A program made the position numbers and the translations under genes. DNA of 32,000 nt from Candidatus Electrothrix sp. GW3-4. GTDB taxonomy: Bacteria; Desulfobacterota; Desulfobulbia; Desulfobulbales; Desulfobulbaceae. Every line of letters starts with the position of its first letter. Within the stretch, counting starts at the first letter, position 1. Shown one piece after another: positions 26,001 to 32,000 of this stretch. The notes under the pieces were generated by a model. That model made no database searches, was not told where the DNA came from, and was given only the letters and a program-made list of their open reading frames with translations. The DNA is taken from contig NZ_CP147990.1 of assembly GCF_037902255.1 (NCBI RefSeq), forward strand, positions 1,980,001 to 2,012,000. Direction: 5' to 3'.

Positions 26001-26415
26001 TGCCCCTGTTCAGCAGGAGACCCTGGAAACAGCAAACCTGGACCAGGACAATGATGGCACGGTTGATGCCACTATTATTCTTTCTGGCGTCAATTTCAAG
26101 GTGGGCACAGCGAGCCTGACTGACCAGGCAGCAGCCAGCCTGTTGACCACTGCCAAGCTCCTGCAAGAGCATGCCCCTGATCAACATTTTGAAGTAGCGG
26201 GCTATACCGACAGCATGGGGAGCCCGAAAAGAAATCAGCAGATATCCGAGCAACGGGCTGAGGCTGTGCGCAATTTTCTCATTGAACAGGGCATAACAGC
26301 AGATCTCCTGGTCAGCAAGGGCTATGGCCAGGACAATCCTATTGCTGATAATAATACCCCGGAGGGACGGGCCATGAACCGGCGAGTGGAGCTGCATCAG
26401 GTAACAGCAGAATAA
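23011..26415 (+). CDS. membrane-anchored giant coiled-coil protein with TSP3-like DxDxDG motif and C-terminal OmpA-like peptidoglycan-binding domain
   Basis: N-terminal TM helix ALFISLGILLYIALAGY. About 900 aa of A/E/Q/K/L-rich heptad-like sequence. LDQDNDGTVDA motif. OmpA-C block VNFKVGTASL...FEVAGYTDSMGSPKRNQQISEQRAEAVRNFL...GYGQDNPIADNNTPEGRAMNRRVEL. Confidence 0.88.
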   Translation: MKLMQKITPRTALFISLGILLYIALAGYHAQSKKEHEEQMAQARHNAKIPGLQNQAIEYRQELTDARQGEKLLRSETGRREQEQGTIAEIEQKVSAQQNEKNENSISAEQLHKAEARIKQLQEQLAAANKKLSIETEKENSASRQLLKKLKEREQELQGQEEQLVQMEEGRRADQQKIAQLEKIQQKKAEQVKQTEQRVAELTGRLEQTKAQLAEATTTLSVANNAVQKAQLKAEAMLHYGKEKDRMLAPSEQKAATLEQQLAEQQAQVEQLTAELEAVRNEIITAEKNNQQLAKQVTSLSATGTAQQEEIATLKEQLQQAGREQREKQATYNSQEAALTDAQAQLEKLSEEKERLTAQVDELTAVIEANKALKQTELEKVKLGLHNNIAQLTAQLAEKENELKQQKALLAEAAAHITALQDAEKRSQLKIEALLKYGKEKERLLAPSQEQITVLQKQLAKKEQELATAQKELEERATYGKELVNQVASLTESAVVRNKQAETLAQELTEAKATIDKLTGELTQTKASLETAKTNLAAAQEEEQALQQGLAGKDEELIVIRAEVERLTAELAQQKTTNDELAQEQERIAAELETAKAKETELSQQLETKAEELAAATTATDEAKAAVATAQEKATTLEVQLAEKETAQAAAEKKAAALEAQVADLLPLQEQLQAAQEQVATLEAAYANTQGLQSQLTASQEEITTLKNQLADLPTTVEEFNAIQENIANLEAQTQTQAEQLAAEQEQAAALKAQVAELQQAAAEMTATQKQIADLEKQLAEADAQAEQLSTEQKKTAALEAKLSELQAIEQQSDATEKKMASLTEELDKTKAKLAELSAAGEDKEKLASELADTQKKLAELTAAQQNVGDKTSALEEKLTSLKTSLEEKEQALTAQKKALTQAKATLEEQTAAIAQAEKSKKNAEQLTTELASSKEELAALQAQVKELKEEIARLKEQLSQQGAQQAVQQTVAAQVPAEQEAPAEATAAADTEQKQVAPVQQETLETANLDQDNDGTVDATIILSGVNFKVGTASLTDQAAASLLTTAKLLQEHAPDQHFEVAGYTDSMGSPKRNQQISEQRAEAVRNFLIEQGITADLLVSKGYGQDNPIADNNTPEGRAMNRRVELHQVTAE

Positions 26416-26466
26416 GTTTCAAGTATTCATTCCGGGAATACGCACTTCGTACTTCTCTTCTCTCTT

Positions 26467-26509
26467 CATGAAAAAGGCCCGGTGCTTGTTGCATTGGGCC
26501 TTTTTCATG
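26467..26509. terminator. bidirectional rho-independent terminator-like hairpin
   Basis: CATGAAAAAGGCCC (26467-26480), 15-nt loop, GGGCCTTTTTCATG (26496-26509). The GC core is flanked by an A-run and a T-run. It lies about 50 nt after the OmpA-like gene's stop. Confidence 0.7.
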
Positions 26510-26646
26510 ACCCCCTGCCATTCACCTTGATAATCTCTTTTCGCATCATGCATAAAAATATTGCGTACCTCTTAATAATACTATAAAAGCATGCCAGATA
26601 AATAACAGCAGATCAAAATTTCTTCAACTCACCTGTATTCTTTATT

Positions 26647-29600
26647 ATGAGCGTCTCCCAAAAAACTTCCTCTGACCTGGAAGCTCCCTACTTGGCTCTG
26701 GAGCCAATCCAAAAAACTATCATCCGTATCCTGGCTGTTAATGTTGAGCCTTGTGCTGCAAAGCGGGTGCTCGACTGCCTCAAGAAGTTGGGCTTTACCT
26801 GCCCAGAAACCGATGCACCGTATCGAGCGCAGGATCTTCAACCCCTTCAAAAGGAATTGATTGCCAAGGGCCTGTTGGACAAATCCAATAAAGGGCTTGC
26901 ATGCCCTGAATCCATCGGCCAGACTGTAGTACGGAATTGCTTAGCTGATGGTGAGTTCTCTCGTATTGCTGAGGCGGTTCAAACCCACATGTTGGCTGGG
27001 CTGTTTCCCTTTCAGGTACAGCTGAACAGCTATAAACAGTACGCCCGGAGCATGCAAATGGCTCTGTTTAATGGCAGCTCCATAGAAGAAGTCTATTCCG
27101 TTCTTGGTAATGTTAATAAATATTTTCACGACACCCCGCCTGAAGAGAGCATCTTTCTCCACCTGCTGGCCCGACCTTTTTCTCCCCAGGTTATTGAAGC
27201 AATCAAGCCTGCAATGCGCCTTTCAGTGCTGGGCCTCCTGCTCAATGCAGCAAAGGACCGCCTGGAGCCAGCAGAAAAAATTGTTGACTATATGCTGACC
27301 TCTTTCAGCGACTCGCTTTGTAATAATCCGGAGTCCATTAGTCTTATTGCTTACTTTATACTCTGCGGGAAGGTCGAAAATGCTCTCTCATTAATCAAGA
27401 AACTCCCACAAGAACGGGAGCTGGAACCGCTCAGCCGGACAGGCTGGCTGAGTTTTCTCAGCGGAAAGTATGAAGAGGCCCGGACATATTTTGAGCAGAA
27501 CCTGCAACTGTTCAAAAAAATGAGCCGAAGGAAAAAGGTCTTTTTCCAAAATGAAATCGGCCTGATTCATCTGCTCACCCTCTTAGAGGGTAACGACAGT
27601 ACCCTGCTCCATCAGGGCCTTGACTATATTGAGATCGTCAAAAAACACAATTACTCCTATGCCGCCTTAGCAGAGGCGATGAAATCGGTATTTCAGCAGC
27701 AACTTGGGCTGGATGATATTGAAACATACCGAGGTGCCCTGAATACCTTTGATAACGACCCGCTTCAATTCCTCATTTTCATGCTTATTCTCTTCTGGAC
27801 AGACAAGGCAAAGGTGAAAAGCGAAAACGCATATATTGCGGATCTCAGGGATAAGGCAAAGAAAAATGGCTATCTCTGGCTGGCAGCTGAATTCTCTTCT
27901 CTCCTGGCAGGACTGAATATCAACAAGAACAGCAATACGATCCAGGCCAAGGAACTGCACGATTCCTGTGGCACGGTAACCTGTATCGGATTGGTCAAAA
28001 AGGTGCCGAAATGGGAAAAAACTCTGAACGGATTACTTGCTCTTACCGACTCAGCCGGGCCACAGCATGTTGCAGCAGAACAACGGCTGATTTGGTTATT
28101 TGAGTATCGCCCCCACTCTCAAAGCTGCTTCCTGACCCCTAAGCTGCAAAAAATAACCAAAAAGGGAACCTGGACCAAAGGACGTCAAGTAGGACTGAAA
28201 AACCTGCATAATAATTATCAGACCATGGAGGGGCTGACAGCTCAGGACCGCCAAGTCTGCCAGGCAATTCACCAGGAATACTATTCCGGCTGGTACGGAT
28301 ATTCCAGTGAATATGAAATCGATTATGATCAGGCCCTGCCAGCTTTAGTCGGACATCCCCTGCTTTTCCTTGAAGACAGGCCTGATATCCAGGTGGAGCT
28401 GATTCTGTCTGAACCAAAATTAGAAATCAGAGAGGAAGATGGGAAATTGCGCCTTGCTCTTTCTCCGCGCCCCCCTTCTGCGCAGGACGAGACGACAAAG
28501 GTGGCCAAGGACACGCCTACCCGTTTCAAAATCTACCGCTTTACCGAACAACACCGGGAGATTGGGAAATACCTTGGTAAGGGCATGAGTATTCCCAAGG
28601 CTGGAGCCAAGAAGGCCCAACAGGTGGTGGAATCACTCTCTTCCGTGGTCACAGTTCTCTCTGATCTTGACGGCTCAAGCAAAGCAGAAACCCGCGAGGC
28701 TGATTCCCGGCCCCATGCCCATATCCTGCCCTGCCATGACGGGGTGCAGGTAGAATTTCTGGTCAAGCCCTGCGGTGATAGCGGGTCCAGCTTCAGGGCT
28801 GGCCGGGGCAGCAAGAATGTGCTGACCGAGATTGACGGCATAAAGATCCAGACCGTACGTAATTTTCCAGAGGAAGAAAAGCTGCTTGATGGCGTCATTG
28901 CAGCCTGCCCTACCCTGACCCGCATTAACCCGGTGGATGACCAATGGCTGGTTGAAGACCCGGAATATGCCCTGGAGCTCCTCCTGGAGCTGAAAAACTG
29001 CGACGATGCCCTGGTTCTGGAATGGCCCCAGGGCGAGAAGTTCTCTGTTCGCAAAGAGACACCTTCCACGGCCTTTTCCCTGCATATTAAAAAAGAACGG
29101 GACTGGTTCAAGGCCACCGGCTCTCTGGAGATTAACGACGAACTTTCCCTGGACCTGCAAAAGCTCCTCAGCATGCTTGACCAAGGAACAGGTCGCTTTA
29201 TTCAGCTGGATGACGGCACCTTTCTCAGTATTACCAAGGCCCTGCGTAAGCGACTGGAAGAGCTGGCTGCCTTTTCGGAGAAACACGGCAAAGGGGTCCG
29301 CTTTGCCCCACTTGCGGCCCTGGCCTTAGATGATCTCACCGAGGAAGCAGGTCAGGTCAAATCTGATAAGGCATGGAAACAGCATTGCAAAAATCTACAG
29401 GAGGTTGTTCAACCCGAGGTACCTGGCACCTTACAGGCCTCCTTGCGGGACTATCAGCAGACAGGCTTTCACTGGCTGGCCCAGCTCTCCCATTGGGAGG
29501 TGGGCGGCTGTCTTGCCGATGACATGGGCCTGGGCAAGACCGTGCAGGCCCTGGCTGCAATCCTGCTCCGGGCAGCACAAGGACCGACCCTGGTGGTTGC

Positions 29601-30822
29601 GCCCTTATCTGTCACCTCCAACTGGGTGGATGAGGCCCGCCGTTTTGCCCCTACCCTGAATGTGCTTCTGTTCAGATCTGGAAACCGCCAGGAAATGATT
29701 GATAATTTGCAGCCCTTTGACCTGGTGATTGTCAGCTATGGCCTGCTCCCTCTTGAAGCGGAACTGCTGACTGCTCCTGACTGGCAGACCGTGGTCCTGG
29801 ATGAGGCCCAGGCCATTAAGAACATGCAGACCAAACGCTCCAAGGCAGCCATGCAGCTCAAGGCAAAATTTCGTCTGATTACCACGGGTACGCCTGTGGA
29901 AAATCATCTCGGCGAACTCTGGACCCTGTTTCATTTCCTCAATCCAGGACTGCTCGGCTCCTTTAAGCGCTTTAATGAAAAATTTGCCAGCCCCATAGAA
30001 CGCGACCAGGACACAGAAGCCCGCAGCCGACTCCGCAAGCTGATCCGCCCCTTTATTCTCCGCCGCCTGAAAAGTGATGTTCTCCAGGAACTGCCGCCCA
30101 AGACCGAGATCAATCTTGAGGTGGAGATGAGCAAGGATGAGTTGGTGCTCTACGAGGCCCAGCGGATCAAGGCTCTGGAAACCATCAGCAACCATGCCGA
30201 TGAGGAGGGAGCTGGTCAACAGCATCTCCGTATCCTGGCCGAGATCATGAAGCTCCGCCGTCTCTGCTGTAATCCTTCCCTGGTCCTGCCAGACTGCGGG
30301 ATCAGCAGCTCCAAGCTCAAGGTCTTTGCTGACACCCTGGAAGAACTGCTCACCAATAAGCACAAGGCACTGATCTTTAGCCAGTTTGTTGATCATCTCC
30401 AGATCATCAGAGAATTCCTTGAGACAAAGGGGATCAGCTATCAGTATCTTGATGGCTCCACCCCGGTGAAAAAGAGAAAGGAGAGGATTACCCGTTTTCA
30501 GAACGGTGAAGGGGATGTCTTCCTGATCAGCCTCAAGGCTGGCGGGGCTGGCCTCAACCTGACAGCAGCAGATTATGTTATCCATATGGATCCCTGGTGG
30601 AACCCGGCCGTGGAGGATCAGGCCTCAGACCGCGCCCATAGGATTGGACAGGAACGGCCCGTCACGGTCTATCGGCTGGTGGTCAAGGATTCCATTGAGG
30701 AACAAATTGTGACCCTGCATAAGGAGAAACGGGATCTGGCAGACAGCCTGCTGGAGGGCACGGATTCCGCAGGCAAGATTTCTGCCAAGGAATTGTTGGG
30801 TTTGTTGCAGGGGGAGAAGTAG
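26647..30822 (+). CDS. SNF2-family helicase (DEAD-like + HELICc) with ~900-aa N-terminal extension (bacterial SNF2-associated-type region)
   Basis: LRDYQQTGFHWL, motif I LADDMGLGKTVQ, motif II VVLDEAQAIKN, TGTPVENHLGELW, LIFSQF, GGAGLNLTAADYVIHMDPWWNP, motif VI QASDRAHRIGQERPVTVYRL. Confidence 0.92.
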   Translation: MSVSQKTSSDLEAPYLALEPIQKTIIRILAVNVEPCAAKRVLDCLKKLGFTCPETDAPYRAQDLQPLQKELIAKGLLDKSNKGLACPESIGQTVVRNCLADGEFSRIAEAVQTHMLAGLFPFQVQLNSYKQYARSMQMALFNGSSIEEVYSVLGNVNKYFHDTPPEESIFLHLLARPFSPQVIEAIKPAMRLSVLGLLLNAAKDRLEPAEKIVDYMLTSFSDSLCNNPESISLIAYFILCGKVENALSLIKKLPQERELEPLSRTGWLSFLSGKYEEARTYFEQNLQLFKKMSRRKKVFFQNEIGLIHLLTLLEGNDSTLLHQGLDYIEIVKKHNYSYAALAEAMKSVFQQQLGLDDIETYRGALNTFDNDPLQFLIFMLILFWTDKAKVKSENAYIADLRDKAKKNGYLWLAAEFSSLLAGLNINKNSNTIQAKELHDSCGTVTCIGLVKKVPKWEKTLNGLLALTDSAGPQHVAAEQRLIWLFEYRPHSQSCFLTPKLQKITKKGTWTKGRQVGLKNLHNNYQTMEGLTAQDRQVCQAIHQEYYSGWYGYSSEYEIDYDQALPALVGHPLLFLEDRPDIQVELILSEPKLEIREEDGKLRLALSPRPPSAQDETTKVAKDTPTRFKIYRFTEQHREIGKYLGKGMSIPKAGAKKAQQVVESLSSVVTVLSDLDGSSKAETREADSRPHAHILPCHDGVQVEFLVKPCGDSGSSFRAGRGSKNVLTEIDGIKIQTVRNFPEEEKLLDGVIAACPTLTRINPVDDQWLVEDPEYALELLLELKNCDDALVLEWPQGEKFSVRKETPSTAFSLHIKKERDWFKATGSLEINDELSLDLQKLLSMLDQGTGRFIQLDDGTFLSITKALRKRLEELAAFSEKHGKGVRFAPLAALALDDLTEEAGQVKSDKAWKQHCKNLQEVVQPEVPGTLQASLRDYQQTGFHWLAQLSHWEVGGCLADDMGLGKTVQALAAILLRAAQGPTLVVAPLSVTSNWVDEARRFAPTLNVLLFRSGNRQEMIDNLQPFDLVIVSYGLLPLEAELLTAPDWQTVVLDEAQAIKNMQTKRSKAAMQLKAKFRLITTGTPVENHLGELWTLFHFLNPGLLGSFKRFNEKFASPIERDQDTEARSRLRKLIRPFILRRLKSDVLQELPPKTEINLEVEMSKDELVLYEAQRIKALETISNHADEEGAGQQHLRILAEIMKLRRLCCNPSLVLPDCGISSSKLKVFADTLEELLTNKHKALIFSQFVDHLQIIREFLETKGISYQYLDGSTPVKKRKERITRFQNGEGDVFLISLKAGGAGLNLTAADYVIHMDPWWNPAVEDQASDRAHRIGQERPVTVYRLVVKDSIEEQIVTLHKEKRDLADSLLEGTDSAGKISAKELLGLLQGEK

Positions 30823-30863
30823 GCAGCGGTTATGCTTGCTCCTTATACAAGCCAGATATCCAT

Positions 30864-30888
30864 GCCCGGTGTTGTGAAACCACCGGGC
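30864..30888 (+). terminator. terminator-like hairpin after the SNF2 gene
   Basis: GCCCGGTG (30864-30871), 9-nt loop, CACCGGGC (30881-30888), followed by tattctc. Confidence 0.5.
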
Positions 30889-30912
30889 TATTCTCGGCTG
30901 TCCCTCCAAACA

Positions 30913-30934
30913 AGCAGGAGCTAATCCTCCTGTT
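30913..30934 (-). terminator. terminator-like hairpin after the minus-strand hypothetical gene
   Basis: CAGGAG (30915-30920), ctaatc loop, CTCCTG (30927-30932), extendable by A-T and G-T pairs. On the minus strand it is followed by tgtttgg. About 25 nt downstream of the stop at 30959. Confidence 0.35.
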
Positions 30935-30958
30935 GTATTGCATATCACGTTTCATACC

Positions 30959-31738
30959 TCAACGATTTGCAAACCAAATCGCATAATCTTTCACCGGCTG
31001 ATAGTTGAACGAGGATTTATCCAGCACTTTCAAGTCACAGAAAGGAAATACATACTCACTGCGCCCATGACGTAGCGACGCCAATATCCCTTGGGGATCT
31101 ACAATCTCATCCATACTCGTTACTTTTACCTTATCTCCTTCTCGTAACGGTCCTCTTTCCTGCCACTCAAGGACCTCTGCCTTAAAGGGAAATTCCAGCA
31201 CCTCCTGAAAATGTTTCTGCCAGGCCTTGTAGGCCGCCCATTCACTTTCGTCTTCAGCCTTGTCCAGGACAGCCTGTATCCTCCTGCCTTCTTCACATAA
31301 ACAAGCCCATTTATGCTTACTTGTAAGCACATCAATTGCTTCCTGGACATCATCTTCGCTATCTCTGGGCGTTGTTTGTTCAACGTCTTGCAGAAGAAGA
31401 AACATCTTGGTCCAGTCAAGCCCTTCTTCTTCACTCTGGACAATCGTTTCAGCAGGCATCTGCTGGAGTGTCAGGCTATCCCAATCTATTAAGATCAAGT
31501 TGTCTTCTTCATCAACTTCAGCGATCCGCCCTTGCCACCCGCCGATGACAATATCCCAATCAGGGTCTCGCACATCCGGTTTAACAACGACAGAATCAGC
31601 CAATTGGAGTTTGTTTCCTTCCATAATGAACCTCACCAGATCAAAAGTTATTTCCCAAGATATTATCCTGTTTTCACTTGGCGTCAAGAAAGAGTATAGG
31701 ATTTTATCTGATAAAACAGCACAGACAATCTCGATCAT
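30959..31738 (-). CDS. acidic hypothetical protein with two similar small modules
   Basis: 259-aa ORF. A more plausible start is the ATG at 31622-31624 (MEGNKLQLADSVVVKPD), which gives 221 aa. The first 38 codons are hydrophobic and low-information. No family can be named with confidence. Confidence 0.55.
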   Translation of the reverse strand: MIEIVCAVLSDKILYSFLTPSENRIISWEITFDLVRFIMEGNKLQLADSVVVKPDVRDPDWDIVIGGWQGRIAEVDEEDNLILIDWDSLTLQQMPAETIVQSEEEGLDWTKMFLLLQDVEQTTPRDSEDDVQEAIDVLTSKHKWACLCEEGRRIQAVLDKAEDESEWAAYKAWQKHFQEVLEFPFKAEVLEWQERGPLREGDKVKVTSMDEIVDPQGILASLRHGRSEYVFPFCDLKVLDKSSFNYQPVKDYAIWFANR

Positions 31739-32000
31739 ACGTATGAGGTTATCTTCTCAGCACATGCGAGCTGAACTGGAAAGCACGGTGACTTTTCCTG
31801 CATAGCGAAAGGGAGCATAAACGGCCTATGCCAAGCTCTGGCAGAGACCGCTAACATGCTCTTTTTGGGACAACTTAGGTGGGAAGGGGTTGGTGACGTA
31901 AGTCTGGAATCAGAGAAATGCTATTTGCTGCTCTTGCGATACCCATGACTAAAGCCCGCATCATAGAGTTTGGAAGCAGCTGTGGGATCATCGGATAAGG

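Noticed and set aside
29605-30585. 326-aa minus-strand ORF
   Set aside because: It lies antisense to the SNF2 helicase core, whose motifs are unambiguous on the plus strand.
26647-30822. Calling the SNF2 helicase a DISARM (DrmD) or Zorya-type defence component
   Set aside because: None of the obligatory partner genes (DUF1998 helicase, PLD nuclease, methylase, ZorA/B) are present in the window.
31875-32000. Open minus-strand frame running from the window edge to a TAA at 31875-31877 (...MIPQLLPNSMMRALVMGIARAANSISLIPDLRHQPLPT)
   Set aside because: Only 41 codons are visible and nothing is recognisable. It cannot be evaluated without the sequence beyond the window.

Overview
Bacterial chromosomal window from a diderm organism. 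Gene content loosely suggests a deltaproteobacterium/Desulfobacterota-like genome, but the taxon cannot be proven from the sequence. No rRNA, tRNA or CRISPR array was seen. Left flank (1-6.5 kb): aroK, a DUF3524/GT4 glycosyltransferase homologous to eukaryotic GTDC1/QTMAN, and a tight two-gene operon (double-receiver protein fused to a PEP-synthase-type ATP-grasp domain, then a B12-binding radical SAM enzyme). Centre (6.6-20.5 kb): a ~14-kb accessory block encoded entirely on the minus strand. It holds a Sec-secreted EndoU-like RNase; a Sec-secreted beta-helix/TSP3/YD chimera; a RAYT transposase bracketed by two REP doublets; and a 1626-aa Sec-signal Rhs/YD toxin whose 127-aa C-terminal tip I cannot assign, ATGA-coupled to a membrane-anchored putative immunity gene. 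It also holds an Rpn-type PD-(D/E)XK/DUF4351 gene broken by an in-frame TAG, and a ~185-bp promoter plus structured-leader element present twice (upstream of rhs and upstream of rpn). Last are two tandem ~95% identical AAA-ATPase-like/PDDEXK_9 genes with a sigma54-type promoter candidate. Right flank: glgB, a 1134-aa protein (TM anchor, ~900-aa coiled coil, OmpA-C domain), a 1391-aa SNF2 helicase and an acidic hypothetical protein. The best candidates for something undescribed are the Rhs tip/immunity pair, the duplicated structured leader, the tandem ATPase-nuclease pair and the receiver-ATP-grasp/B12-rSAM operon.
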